Assembly (NCBI RefSeq): GCF_006345805.1
Contig: NC_043010.1
Span: 12,958,001-13,022,000 of the forward strand
Reading direction: 5' to 3'
Length of the DNA: 64,000 nt
Source: Octopus sinensis
Taxonomy: Eukaryota
Within the stretch, counting starts at the first letter, position 1; every line of letters begins with the position of its first letter. Of the stretch, positions 1-13,232 are shown piece by piece. Made by a program: the position numbers and the translations under genes. The notes under the pieces are model-generated. The model saw nothing but the letters and a program-made list of their open reading frames with translations, ran no database searches and was not told the DNA's origin.

Positions 1-43
1 TAATTTGTTCAACTAAAACCCATGAAAGCATGGAAATGGATGC

Positions 44-171
44 TGGATGACAATGATGATGAAGAAGAAGATGATGATGATGATGACGACGATGATAACG
101 ACGACAACAATGACGATAACGATGACGACGACAACAACAATGATGACAATGACGACGACGACGATGATGAT
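44..171 (+). repeat. (GAT/GAC/AAC)n trinucleotide tract, probably an expanded tail of a family-D/RTE-type element
   Basis: Tract follows gcatggaaatggatgctggatga, which resembles the gcatggaaa..cggacgttaaa-(GAT)n 3' end of family D. Confidence 0.7.
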
Positions 172-486
172 ATATCCTATTGCTCTGTTTTAGCTTGTTA
201 TGGTATGTAAGCACAGCCTGAGGATTGCATGAAAACACCAGACATGCTAAAAAATGCTATCTGAAATGTTTTCATCACATGAAACTAATTTAGCTCATAA
301 ATATATATATACTGTGTTTATCAAATAATATATATATAGCATATTTAATTCATAATAGTTGTCCAACAAGATATATTTTGTCAAACTAACAATTATGGAT
401 TAAACATTTTATTCCCTCTCAAACTAATTTTTGAGTATTTTTCTTAGTGGGCCAGACATAGCTTCTTTTAACCTGTCACCCACTTC

Positions 487-561
487 AATATATATATATA
501 TATATAATATATATATAGAGAATATAAATATATATATATATATAGATATATATAAATATAT

Positions 562-594
<33 letters not shown>

Positions 595-907
595 GATATA
601 TATAAATATATATCTATAATATATATATATATAAGCATATATATTATATATATAGATATATATAAAATATATATATATATATATATAGATATATATAAAT
701 AATATATATATATATAGATATATTAATATATATATATATATATATATAGATATATATAAATCTATATATATATATATATATATATTAATTAATATATATA
801 TATATATAAAATATATATATATATATATTATAATAAATATATATATTATATAATATATATAAATATATTATATATATATATATATATAAATATATATATA
901 TATAAAT

Positions 908-941
<34 letters not shown>

Positions 942-956
942 TATATATAATCTATA

Positions 957-1007
<51 letters not shown>

Positions 1008-1084
1008 ATATATATAAATATATATCTATATATATATATATATATAAATATTATAAATATATTTATTATATATATATATATAAA

Positions 1085-1116
<32 letters not shown>

Positions 1117-1439
1117 AATATATTTATATAATATATATAAATATATAATATATATATATATTATATATAAAAATATTATATATATTATATATATAGATAT
1201 ATAATATATATTTAAATATAATATAACTATATATATATATATATAATATATTTATATATATATATATATATATATATTAAATAATATATATATTTATATA
1301 TATAATATATAATATATATATTTATATATATATATATTATATATATATATATAATTATATATATATATATGTATATACTATATATATATATATATATATA
1401 TTCTATTATATATTATATAGGATAGATATATATTATATA

Positions 1440-1474
<35 letters not shown>

Positions 1475-1490
1475 TATATATATGTATATA
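487..1490. repeat. ~1-kb degenerate (TA)n microsatellite
   Basis: Nearly pure A/T alternation with scattered interruptions. Confidence 0.97.
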
Positions 1491-2025
1491 AACAAGCTTC
1501 TTCACTTTCCATCTACCAAATCCACTCACAGGCTTTGGTCAGCCTGAAGCTATAGTAGAAGACACTTGCCCAAGGTACCACCACAGTGGGACTGAACCTG
1601 GAACCATATGGTTGGGAAGCACGCTTCTTACCATACAGCCACTCCCTATGTATGTAATATATATATATACTATAATATGTATGTATACTTATAAATATAC
1701 ACACACAATATATATACAATATGTATATCACACACACGCATATATATATATTATATATATACATACATGATGGCTGTCCACTCATGATCAAGGAAAACCA
1801 TTGCTGACCTTCAGGAACATTGTGTGCTCTAGGACTAACTTATATTTTGCACTTGCGGATCCATTGGTGGCTAATGAGCCCTGCTCTTGACAAGCATACA
1901 CACCGCAAGCATTGCAAACCAAGCTTTCTAATATATACACAGTAGGCTTTTTCACAATTTCTGTCTACCAAATTCACTCTCAAGGCATTGGTCAACCCAG
2001 CGTTATAGTCCATAGTAATCCATAG

Positions 2026-2408
2026 TGGAGGCACAATGGCCCAGTGGTTAGGGCAGCGGACTCGCGGTTGTAGGATCGCGGTTTCGATTCCCAGACCGGG
2101 CGTTGTGAGTGTTTATTGAGCGGAAACACCTAAAAGCTCCACGAGGCTCCGACAAGGATAGTGGTGATCCCTGCTGTACTCTTTCACCACAACATTCTCT
2201 CACTCTTACTTCCTGTTTCTGTTGTACCTGTATTTCAAGGGGCTGGCCTTGTCACTCTCTGTGTCACGCTGAATATCCACGAGAACTACGTTAAGGGTGC
2301 ACGTGTCTGTGGAGTGCTCAGCCACTTACACGTTAATTTCACGAGCAGGCTGTTCCGTTGATTCGGATCAACCAGAACCCTCGTTGTCGTAACCGATGGA
2401 GTGCTTCC
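2026..2408 (+). mobile_element. tRNA-derived SINE family B, full length, nested in a family-A relic
   Basis: Head ggaggcacaatggcccagtggttaggg...gtttcgattccc (A/B boxes); 21-bp TSD atagtccatagtaatccatag at 2005-2025 and 2409-2429. Confidence 0.9.
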
Positions 2409-2839
2409 ATAGTCCATAGTAATCCATAGCAGAAGACACTTACCAAAGGTGCCACGCAACGGGACTGAACCCAAGACCAAATAGTTGAAATGTAAGTCTA
2501 AAAATAATTCCAATACTTTCTCGCATCCTCCATTCTTTAAAGGTAGCTATCATTCCTATGCTGCAATATCTATGGTAACCAGTGCAGCTATTCACAATGC
2601 TCACTACTATAACCAATGTATTAAACCTCCATCATTACCATATTATCAAGATACTTTTAGGTCAGGGTTCATATTTCTTACCTGAAACTTCAGCTAATAC
2701 ACCTGTCTGTTAATCTTTTTAAAATAAGCTTTTCTTCTTTCTTTCTTTTTTTTTTTTGTTTCATCGGTATTAAGCTATCATTTCATTTTCATTCATCACC
2801 ATTTTAATTATTTCCTCTACCAATCTATTGCATTCTGCA

Positions 2840-2882
2840 TATATTTTTGTATTATTATCATTATTATTATTATTAGTATCAT

Positions 2883-2919
<37 letters not shown>

Positions 2920-2972
2920 GCTACTACTATTATTATTATCATTATTATTGTTGTTGTTGTTTTTCTTGTTGA

Positions 2973-3008
<36 letters not shown>

Positions 3009-3285
3009 CTCCACAACCATCATCCTCATCACCACCACCATCATCATCATTATTATCACTACCACCACCACCACCACCACTACTTCCATCATCATCATGA
3101 TCATCACCATCATCATCATTATTATCACTACCACCACCACCACCACTACTTCCATCACGATCATCACCATCATCATCATCATCATCATCATTATCAACAT
3201 CTTCATCATCATTGTTGTTATTATCATTATTATTATTACTGTTGTTGTTGTTGTTGTTATTGTTATCATTATCATTATTTACTTC
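2840..3285. repeat. Compound trinucleotide microsatellite (ATT/ACT/CAT/CAC/GTT)n
   Basis: Direct inspection; source of overlapping low-complexity ORFs. Confidence 0.95.
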
Positions 3286-3952
3286 CACTTAATTTTTCTT
3301 GTGTAGCAATTTCTGCATTACGTTGTCCATTCTATTGATTTCTCTTCTCTCTTGCCAAAACTTCTGAGATGCTCACTTCAGAAAAAAAAAGCAGAAAAAA
3401 AAAAAGGCAAAGAAAGGCTTATTGTAAATTCTTTAATCCATTTGCCTGTCATAACCCTATAGGTATTTTGAATCCAGAACATGAAGAGATCTATCTCAAT
3501 AAACAAAATATATTTGGTAGTTAGGTTTTGTTTTTATTTCTTTGTAGCTCTTTTTATATTTCTTTTTATCTTCTCACCGTTTTTATTCTTTTATTTATTA
3601 TTATCTTTTGGTTTTTGTTTTCCGTTAGAGGGCCTTCCGTTTTCTTTCCTTTTTCTGTTTTTTCCTTTTATTTTATTTTATTATTTTATTATTTATTTAT
3701 TTATTTGGTGTTTTGGAATGGTGGATGTTGTCCTTGTTTTGTTATCAGAAGTTTTTGTTTGTGTGTTTTGCTGCTGTTGTTTTTTTTCCCTTGGTTCTGT
3801 TATTTTTCCCCCCCTCCTCCGAAGTATTTCCTAAATATTTGACCATCTTAATTAAGGATCCTAGTACCCGGGGACAGATTTTATTGATCTTGTGAGGTTT
3901 GATAAACAAGTAGATCTGAAGTACGTAGCTTGTGATGCTATCAATAACTAAC

Positions 3953-3994
3953 CAAAAGCACTCTCAATAAAGTCTTCACTTAATGAGATAGTTT
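3953..3994 (-). CDS. Candidate 42-nt internal exon (E)TISLSEDFIESAF(G), host gene unidentified
   Basis: Strong acceptor ttttttcttactctcctcag, donor gttagt, one open frame (phase 1-1); no homology recognised. Confidence 0.22.
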
Positions 3995-4023
3995 CTGAGG
4001 AGAGTAAGAAAAAAAAACAACAA

Positions 4024-4362
4024 CATATATATATATGTATGTGTGTATATGTACACACACAGACATATATATATATATATATAAATATACAAACATACAT
4101 ATATATATATATATACATATACACATATATACATACTTACATGTACATGTGTACATGTGTATATATATACATATGCATACATAAACATTATCATACATAT
4201 ACACACACATGCGTGTGTATATATATATATATATATATATGTATATACGCTTATATATATACACATGCATACATATATACATACATTTATATATATATAT
4301 GTGTGTGTGTGTATGTATATATATGTGTATATGTGTGTGTGTGTATATATGTATATATATAT
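4024..4362. repeat. (TA)n/(TG)n/(CA)n compound microsatellite
   Basis: Direct inspection. Confidence 0.95.
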
Positions 4363-5087
4363 GTTGAATTGCTCTATTGCAAAGTATAAGAGAAGGATAT
4401 CCTTGCTCCAAAAACTAATCTGTCATTCACTTGTTTATGAGCTTGGCTGTTGGTTTCGGTTTTTGTTTTCGTTTTGTTTCATTTTCTCTCCTTCTCTTTT
4501 ACTTCTGGTATTGTTTTTGTTATTGCAGTTAATTTATTTCTACTTTTTTCTTATTCTTTTTTATTTTTTTGCTTCTTTTGTTGTTTTGTTCCAGCTAATA
4601 TCTACATTGTTTTCTCCACCGAGGAATTTTTTGCTATAAAAATAGTCAATTCTTTCAGGATTATATTAATAAGCATAACCAGACGTTCGTTAGTAGATGG
4701 TATCAGGATCTGAACGTGGGTTAATAACTTCTTTCAGAATTGGAGGGCATGGACGGCAGGGTGGAATTGTTGGGGGGATAATATAAAATTAGAGAGCGAG
4801 ATTATTGATTGCGGACAATGGTAAGATTAAATAATGTGAGGGAAAGATTCAGTGGTGTGAAGATAATATAATAAAATATGGCTTAATGTGAAAAGCAGGA
4901 AAGAAAAGAAGAAAATAAAAAAGAAAAGGGCTAGGAACATATTGGACGTGATAGCAGAATAGGGAACAGTAATTTGAATGGGTTTGGTTGGTCTTATTTT
5001 AAGCAAGGGTATAACATGATGATAAAAAAAAAAGAAGAAAAGAAAAAAACTCTGATAAAGATAATCAGGACCGTCCATCTACTTGAT

Positions 5088-5253
5088 ATCATCATTATCA
5101 TCATTATCATCATACCCCATTACCACCCACCACTATCATCATCATCGCCGCCATCAACATCATCATCATCATCGCCGCCTTCTCCATCAACCACATCATC
5201 ATAATCATCGTCATCATCACCATCAGCACTGCTATCCTCCTTCTCCTCCTCCA

Positions 5254-5288
<35 letters not shown>

Positions 5289-5512
5289 CCACCACCATCA
5301 CCACCATCATCAAAACCAGTTATAATATTCAAGGTGAAGATCATGATTATCATGCTTATCATCATGGTGGTGGTGGTGGTGGTGGCAGCTGCAATGGCAG
5401 TGGCGGCGGCGGTGGCGGTAGTGGTGGTGGTGTTGGTGGTGGTGGTGGTGGCGACAGAGGCAAAGGTAGTTGCATGTGGAGCAAGCAGCAGCAGTAGCCA
5501 CAGCAGCAGCAG
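5088..5512. repeat. (CAT)n/(CAC)n then (GGT/GGC/GCA)n trinucleotide tracts
   Basis: Direct inspection. Confidence 0.95.
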
Positions 5513-6302
5513 AATGTGAACATTAACAATGGTGGCAATGATCAGTGATGATGAGGTAGGTAATGGTAATTATTATCATAATGTTTATTGAAAGCAATGA
5601 AAAGGGTAAGAGCCAGAAGAAGAACATCTACAATAAAAACATAACTGTACTCCAGTGTATCAGGAAAAACTATGAAATAATCTGCAGAATTCTTGATAGG
5701 ATGTAGCTTAAAACATTTGTAATGTTTAATGTTGCAGAAACACTTTTGATATTTGTGATTTTTATTAGGGGGTTCACGAGCAATCAATACCATCAGAAGA
5801 GTGGTGCAATGAAGCTTATGTGTAGTAATAGAAATAATGCAATCTCCTGAAACAATCAGAAAGGAATCTTACATGTAGACATAACATGTGTGTTATTTTA
5901 TTTATTCATTTATTTATTTATTTATCAAGGGATTAAAGGAAAGGAAAAGGATACTCATTTTATACTGAAAGCTGTACTTAATTCTGGGTAATATATTCTG
6001 ACTTTTTGGATGATTCACACTCTGCAGTAAATACACCTTAGCAAGATCCAATATAGAGATACATAAAATTATTCAGTTTGAGAGGTTTTGATAAAAAAAA
6101 AAAAAAAAAAACAGAAAAAAAAAATGAATGAAAATCTATTTTGTTCATAAAATCTATGGATGATAACACTCTTAGCTTGCTTATTACATAGATCTCCATT
6201 AGATACATTATATTTTTATCGAGTATATTGTAGGTTCCAACCAGACATGAATCTGTGAGTACCAACACAGGATATATACTGAACATTACAATAATGTGAT
6301 TA

Positions 6303-7023
6303 CCATATTTTCCGGCAAATAAGGTGTGCTTTTTTTTTTTGAAAATTCCCCCAAAAGTTTCCCTGTGTCTTATATTCTGAAGCTCAGGCTTTGGGTAGAC
6401 TTGGTTAGTGTTACTGATGACGATGGAAGTCAGTAGTGACATTTGGTTGTGTTAAGGCAGTGAGCTGGCAGTAAAATGCTTAGTGGCATTTCATCCGTCT
6501 TTAATTTCCGAGTTCAAATACCACGAAGGTTGATTTTGCATTTCATTCTTTCAGGGTCGATAAAATAAGTATCAGTTGAACACTGGTCTCAATGTAATTG
6601 ACTTTATCCCTGGCTTTCTCCGTCCAGGTTGCGGATCCGTGGAATAAGCTGCCAGACGAGATGGTGAAGATGCCGACGACCGCTCGGTTCAAAGTCTTCC
6701 TTGACCACAAGTGGCCTGAACTCTTTACATGAACACCACCCTGTACATAACTCCATGTCCCCCTACATGGCCTTGCTTTTTGCTTTTTGAGCCAAAAAAA
6801 CTTAACTAAACTAACTAATAATGTTTGAAAGAAACATTTGATAGTGTAAAGATAAGTTACCAAAGATCATTAGTCTAAATTTTCATGGTTCCTATACATG
6901 AAAATGTGTGAGACATTCAGCCTGGGGATCTAGGGTTAGCTGCAGTTTTTTCTCACTGATTAGGCCTGCCAAAATTGGGGTGTACCTTATATGTCCATAT
7001 GTTTTATATACTCCAAAATGTGG
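6303..7023. mobile_element. Degenerate TA-flanked non-autonomous Tc1/mariner(pogo)-like element hosting SINE and LINE insertions
   Basis: Left end ta-ccatattttccgg..ataaggtgtg; right end (reverse complement) ta-ccacattttgg..ataaggtacac; imperfect TIRs. Confidence 0.4.
6613..6818 (+). mobile_element. 5'-truncated CR1-group LINE 3' end
   Basis: Encodes AFSVQVADPWNKLPDEMVKMPTTARFKVFLDHKWPELFT* (FSxRVxxxWNxLP...FKxxLD C-terminal motif of CR1/L2-group ORF2), then 3' UTR and (ACTA)n-like tail. Confidence 0.8.
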
Positions 7024-8639
7024 TAATTTGTTTTATAGAATAATATTGAAATGGTTTGATATATTTTGTTAACTAGCCAATCGTTCTGGGTTTTTTTTTC
7101 TAGATTACTCAAAGACAAATAGTACAGAATAAGATTAATGGGTATGGCTGTTTGAATGCTAACAATCTAATTTGGCTGACTGGATGTTCAATGTTTAGCT
7201 GACAGTACTTTTTGGCACTAGAGGCAAATGCAGACACATGTGTGCAGGCACAGAAATATACACATACATGTAGAGAGATTGAGAGATAAAGAGGGAGAGA
7301 GAGAGAGAGAAGAGACATTACTCATACAAATAAACATAACTAGATGCTCACACATATAAGTAAAGAGAGAGAGAGCCAAAGTGAGAAAGAGAGAGAGAGA
7401 GAGGAGAATTATATAAACATACAAATAATTAGATGCTCACACATATAAACAGCCAGAGAAAAAATGTGTGAATGAGAGAATAAGAGAAATATTAGTTTCA
7501 AATTTTGGCACAAGGCCAGCAAGTTCAAGTGTGTGTGTGTGTATGTGGTGGGGGGGTAAATTGATTACATTGACCGCCCCATCTCCCCACTACTCAAAAG
7601 GACGAAAGGCAAAGTTGACTTCAACAGTATTTGAACTCAGAACATTAAGACAGACTAAATGCTGCGTCTCGTTTTGACCAGTCCATTAATGATTCCGATA
7701 GCCCACTGCCTTCAGAACCAGAGAAATATTAAAATGAGTGAGACATTAGGACGTTTAATATCAAATAAGTTGGTGCCGATTTAGCATTGACACCAAAGCA
7801 GCTGTGCAAAAATTTTTTCAGTTCCTACATAGAGATTCCATAATTAAAGATAGGGAAAATAAACATCACGTTGAAGTATTCTTGGGAATGATATTATCAT
7901 CAAAAACAAAAAGGTTTGGAGGTGCTGCCTCAGCATTATCAAAGTACCATGATAGAGACTGTTTAAAAAATAAAAGGATCAAGAATAGAGCTAGTATATA
8001 TTTCTAGTTTCCATATTGCTGAGCTAAACCAATGCAAGTTAAATCTCTTCCTGGAGAGAATGCTAGTCTCTTTTACAGGTAATTTCTCAAGTAACATAAA
8101 TTGAACTCAGAATTGTAATATTTGATCATTACACAAAGCTACAGTTAGCTAAGTTAGTGCTAGCATAGATACTTTAATGAGCAAAACAAGCTTAATTAAT
8201 CAAGAAATATATATATATATATATATATACTATATATATATATATAGATAGATAGATAGATAGATAGATTCATAAATATATATATATATTATATATATGA
8301 AAATTTGTTTTGGTCATTAAATTATTTAATTTATTGCATTTTCACAATAAATATTGATAATACTTTATATGTATTGATTTCTAACAATGGAACAAGGCAA
8401 CACATTTTGAAGAAGTAGAGAATAGTCGATTAAATCGGAGCCAGTAATTGACTCAGAGGGTAACTTTATTTTATTAATTCTAGAAGAATGAAAGACAAAA
8501 TTGATCTTCTTGTTCTTGGTAGTATTTGAACACAGGGACAATATATATTAATAATATTCCCTCAAATTATTATTATTATTATAATTATATATATATACAC
8601 ACATATATATATAGGCACAGTATATATATATATATATGA

Positions 8640-8937
8640 TCACGTGACCGACCAGACCATCAGATGTTGTTACACATCGCTGGTCAAAATGCGTTCGCAT
8701 TGTTTTAGCCTTCGAATGATGCCACCTCGCTGGCTAAGCGAGCAGGCCAACAGAAGAAAGAGTGGGAGAAAGAGTGGTGAAAGAGTACAGCAGGGATCAC
8801 CACCCCCTGCCGGAGCCTCGTGGAGCTTTTTTGGTGTTTTCGCTCAATAAACACTCATAACGCCCGGTCTGGGAATCGAAACCGCGATCCTACAGCCGCG
8901 AGTCCACTGCCCTAACCACTGGGCCATTGCACCTCCA
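8640..8937 (-). mobile_element. SINE with family-B head but a different 3' tail
   Basis: 5' ~170 nt match family B; the tail ending gatggtctggtcggtcacgtgatca is unrelated to the B tail. Confidence 0.85.
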
Positions 8938-8950
8938 CACACACACACAC

Positions 8951-8989
<39 letters not shown>

Positions 8990-9324
8990 TATGTGTGTAT
9001 ATGACTCTCGTGGTAAGAGACTCACAAAAGAGGTGAACTGCAGAAGATTTTCTGGAAAGAAACCTGCTTCAAGCAAGTGTTTAGGCACTTAACCTTCTTA
9101 TACTGCAAGTGGAGGAATGGCTGGGGAGAGTGGGGGAGCTGCCTCCAGGTCTTGACTCCTGGATATCATTCCGCTAACATTTTCTAGTCTCTTGGATATT
9201 GGAGACTTGTACATTTAAACGACATGGGGATTTGATCTAGCTGGGACATATCTCAGTTGTCTCTGCTTGCAAACTTACAAATATCGAGCCTGTAATTTGA
9301 AGGTCCACCCTTTTGTCATACTGT

Positions 9325-9708
9325 GCTCTCTTTTACTCATTTGCTTGTTTCAGTCATTTGACTGCGGCCATGCTGGAGCACCGCCTTTAGTCGAGCAAAT
9401 CGACCCCGGGACTTATTCTTTGTAAGCCCAGTACTTATTCTATCAGTCTCTTTTGTTGAACCGCTAAGTGACGGGGACGTAAACACACCAGCATCAGTTG
9501 TCAAGCGATGCTAGGGGGACAAACACACACATATATATACACATATACGACAGGCTTCTTTCAGTTTCCGTCTACCAAATCCACTCACAAAGCATTGGTC
9601 GGCCCGGGGCTGTAGCAGAAGACACTTGCCCAAGATGCCACGTAGTGGGACTGAACCCGGAACCATGTGGTTGGTTAGCAAGCTACTTACCACACAGCCA
9701 CTCCTGCG
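9325..9708 (-). mobile_element. tRNA-derived SINE family A
   Basis: Head gagtggctgtgtggtaagtagcttgc..ggttcagtccc..ttgggcaagtg, internal (TA/TG)n, body ending cagcatggccgcagtcaaatgactgaaacaag. Confidence 0.9.
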
Positions 9709-9764
9709 TCAATGATCCAGCTTAAGAATCACATTATGCACAGGTCTTAAGACATATGCATTAA

Positions 9765-9868
9765 TTCTATCGGTCTCTTTTTGCTGAACCGCTAATTTAC
9801 AGGGACGTAAACTCACCAGCATCGGTTGTCAAGCAATGCTAGGGGGACAAACACAGACACACAAACAT

Positions 9869-9899
<31 letters not shown>

Positions 9900-10045
9900 C
9901 GACAGGTTTCTTCCAGTTTCTGTCTATCAAATCTACTTCCAAGGCTTTGGCTGGCCTGGAACTATAGTAGAAGACACTTGCACAACTTACCAGGCAGTGG
10001 GACTGAACTCAGAACCATCTGGCTGGAAAGCAAACTTCTTACCAC
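9765..10045 (-). mobile_element. SINE family A, partial
   Basis: Same head and body motifs, tail missing. Confidence 0.8.
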
Positions 10046-10204
10046 ACAGCCATGCCAGTTTCTATAGGGTCGTTTTTTTTCCTTTTTTTTTTATAATCAC
10101 AAGTATACACCTGGCATAGATTACAAATATACATCTTAAGTATAAACCTTCTTTTCACTCTAACTTTTCCACAAGGGATATAAATATATATATATAAAAT
10201 AAAA

Positions 10205-10455
10205 TAAATGTGCCCTTTTTTAAAGCCTAGCCAGGCTCATGGGCCCGGTTTCCCGGTTTCTATGGCATATGTGTTCCCCAACTGGATGGGACACCAGTCC
10301 ATCACAGCATTACTCATTTTTGCCAGCTGAGTGGACTGGAGCACCGTGAAATGAAGTGTTTTGCTCAAGAACACAACGCATCGCCCGGTCCAGGGATCGA
10401 AACCACAATCTTATGATCATGATGCTGACACCCTAACCACTAAACCACGCGCCTC
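10205..10455 (-). mobile_element. tRNA-derived SINE family E (CORE-like domain)
   Basis: ggcgcgtggtttagtggttagggtgt head; ttgagcaaaacacttcatttcac..ccagtccactcagctggcaaaaaatgagt central domain. Confidence 0.8.
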
Positions 10456-10470
10456 TACAAATATATATAG

Positions 10471-10874
10471 TACTAGCAGTATCGCCCGGCGTTGCTCGGG
10501 TTTGTAAGGAAAATAACTATATAAGCATTTTTAGAGATGTAAAGTATAATAGCCATCTCAATATGGCTAACCACAAAGTGTGGGGGGGGTATTACTGTAG
10601 CTTTTTACGTTCTGAGATTTAATAATAAATTTTTAGAGAGTTACTTCCCTTATATATGCCAAAAATGCATTAAAAATGGGAAAAATTGATGGTAAATTTT
10701 TTTTTAAATCATAGACTCATCGTAGACGCGCGCTAATACCCAGAAGGGCTCGATATGAATCACGACTATAAGATACCCGGTTTTGGTTAAACTGCACCGC
10801 AAAATGTGGGAGTAGTTAGGAATCTAAATCGTAGGAGACAGACAGCACACAACCTTACTTTTATATATAAAGAT
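10471..10874 (+). mobile_element. Helentron-associated/DINE-1-like (HINE) non-autonomous element
   Basis: 5' tactagcagtatcgcccggcgttgctcggg with subterminal palindrome (cccgg..cggg); 3' acagacagcacac..cttttatatataaagat. Confidence 0.65.
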
Positions 10875-11369
10875 TACTAAATTTACTTAAGAAAATCAAC
10901 CGGAAATATCCATGGAAAACTCTACCCATCTGCAACCCATTTATCTGTGAGCAGTTGTCCTGTTGGCAGAGAAGCTTCTCAATACTATTTTATATTAATT
11001 ATTCAAGAATTCATTGCTGTTGGCTTCAAAGCTGGACCCAGTTTCTAAAAGCAAGCACTCAGGGCGAAAGTAGTAACAGCAGTAGAAACTTATTCATCAA
11101 TTACGACTGAGGCAGCAGCGAGGTTGTATTATTTATTCAAGGACCAATCACAATGCCATTTACCTTAGCTATTTCATTCTCACAAACAAACATGCACCCA
11201 CCTACACACATGCGTACACATGTACGTATATGTGTGAGTGCATGTATGCATATGCATGCACATACAAACACACACACACATATGCATGTATATATACACA
11301 CACTCACATATATAAAGAGAGAGGAAGTGAGAGAGGTATACGTATATGTATGCATATACATATATATGT

Positions 11370-11402
<33 letters not shown>

Positions 11403-11451
11403 AGACAGACAGACAGATAGATAGATAGACAGACAGGACAGACAGACAGAC

Positions 11452-11506
<55 letters not shown>

Positions 11507-11568
11507 TAGATAGACAGATAGACAGATAGATTAGACAGACAGATAGATAGATAGATAGATAGATAGAT

Positions 11569-11651
<83 letters not shown>

Positions 11652-11660
11652 TAGATATAT
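11370..11660. repeat. (GATA)n/(GACA)n tetranucleotide microsatellite
   Basis: Direct inspection. Confidence 0.95.
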
Positions 11661-12049
11661 AGATTTGTATATATGTATATTTTGGTCACTTTGGGACAGA
11701 AACTTTTAGATAATAATAACCATTTGATAACATAATCCATGATTATGCACTGTTTATATTACATCAGTATGAGTGTATTAAATGTGTATTGTGTATGTGT
11801 GTGTCTGCTTGTGCCTGTTTATTGACGTATTAAAAGGAAACTATATCATTTCTTTAGTAAAGATGTTATGGATATCTGAATCTCCTGAACCAATCATCAA
11901 AAGACTACAATGACCACAGTGTTGATGTAACCAAGTAGAAGCTGACATTGTTTCCCAAAATATAATCTTCTATAAAGGAGGAAACACAGTGAACTACAAA
12001 ATCTCTGTTAAATAACAATCAAAGCCCCTAATAAAAGGCCCTATACCAG

Positions 12050-12645
12050 CAGTGTCATCTTAAAGTATGGCCACATTGGGAACTTGCCCAAGGGCCTCAC
12101 AGGTTTAGGGGCCCAATTCTGACTCATGTATTCTGTGTCTTCTTGTCTTGTAATGGTATTCACCCAGGAGGGGTTAAGTCAACTCCTATTGAGCTCACTG
12201 CAGTTGTGAATTTGTAGGAGTTTCAAGGGATAATCAGAGTTTATGTAAACAGTTCCTGTTTGTATTCACAAGCCACCATACACGTCCGGTGGCAGGTCAT
12301 CCTCATGTTATGCCTTCTCAGTGCAGGATGTATGCAAATTCAATTCAATGCCACCAGGAAGAATAAGTGACCGAATTCCCGAACAGGCACTGGCTGGAAT
12401 TCACCATTGCCCTCCAGTTAGCCAGGTTGTGACCCTAGCACCGCCAGTGTCCCACCTGTCTGCCTTGGGTGGCCCTACCAGGGACTCAAAGTCCCCAACA
12501 GCATAGCTGACACTCACTCATTTAGCCTTCCCACCACAATGAGGTCAAGGGTTGGACTGTGAGTCTTACTGTCAAATAAATAAATAATATAGGGGCCAGT
12601 GCATTGATTTGCCTGGTGTCCTGTAATGCTGCTCAGATGGCCCTG
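12050..12645. mobile_element. Old hAT-like non-autonomous element
   Basis: Ends cagtgtcatctt.. and ..agatggccctg (CAGGGCCGTCTT-like TIR); candidate 8-bp TSD tataccag/tattcaag (6/8 match). Confidence 0.35.
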
Positions 12646-12759
12646 TATTCAAGATATCATCCTTAACTCTTTTGTTTCCATTTTTTGTTGAAATTCTTGG
12701 ACTTTGTTTCAATTACTTTTGAAAATAAGGAAGAATTCAGTAAAATAACTATCATTATA

Positions 12760-13160
12760 GGTGCAGGAGTGGCTGTGTGGTAAGTAGCTTGTTTACCAAC
12801 CACATGGTTCTAGGTTCAGTCCCACTGCATGGCATCTTGGGCAAGTGTCTTCTGCTATAGCCTCGGGCCGACCAAAGCCTTGTGAGTGGATTTGGTAGAC
12901 GGAAACTGAAAGAAGCCTGTCGTATATATGTATATATATATATATGCGTGTGTGTGTTTGTGTGCCTGTGTTTGTCCCCCTAGCATTGCTTGACAACCGA
13001 TGCTGGTGTGTTTACGTCCCCGTTACTTAGCGGTTCGGCAAAAGAGACCGATAGAATAAGTACTGGGCTTACAAAACAATAAGTCCCGGGGTCAAGTTGC
13101 TCGATTAAAGGCGGTGCTCCAGCATGGCCGCAGTCAAATGACTGAAACAAGTAAAAGAGT
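12760..13160 (+). mobile_element. SINE family A, full length
   Basis: Complete head-to-(taaaagag) tail. Confidence 0.9.
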
Positions 13161-13232
13161 ATTATCATGCTGAAGTTTGGAACATAAATTAACATGAAAG
13201 TTTGATAGGTTTTAATTTAGATCCCCTTAAAA

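Noticed and set aside
3976-4639. Tyr/Ile/Cys/Val/His/Thr-rich ORFs (also 26-27 kb, 30 kb, 32 kb, 54 kb, 58 kb)
   Set aside because: Translations of (TA)n/(TG)n/(GATA)n repeats
4585-4820. Plus-strand exon-like peptides (DYINKHNQTFVSRWYQDLN; NWRAWTAGWNCWGDNIKLESEIIDCGQ)
   Set aside because: Mutually incompatible (22-nt intron would be required) and no recognisable homology
2770-5519. Long poly-N/D/H/I/M/L ORFs here and at 13802-14143, 50729-51393 and 58874-59653
   Set aside because: They are translations of trinucleotide microsatellites, open in several frames on both strands, with no unique coding context
7851-7942. Minus-strand terminal-exon candidate SLSWYFDNAEAAPPNLFVFDDNIIPKNTST*
   Set aside because: Good acceptor, but no linkable upstream exon or confident homology
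9498-9725. Recurrent ORF MSS(D/N)ARGTNT...YDRLLSVSVYQIHSQ seen at many loci
   Set aside because: Antisense read-through of SINE family A, not a gene family
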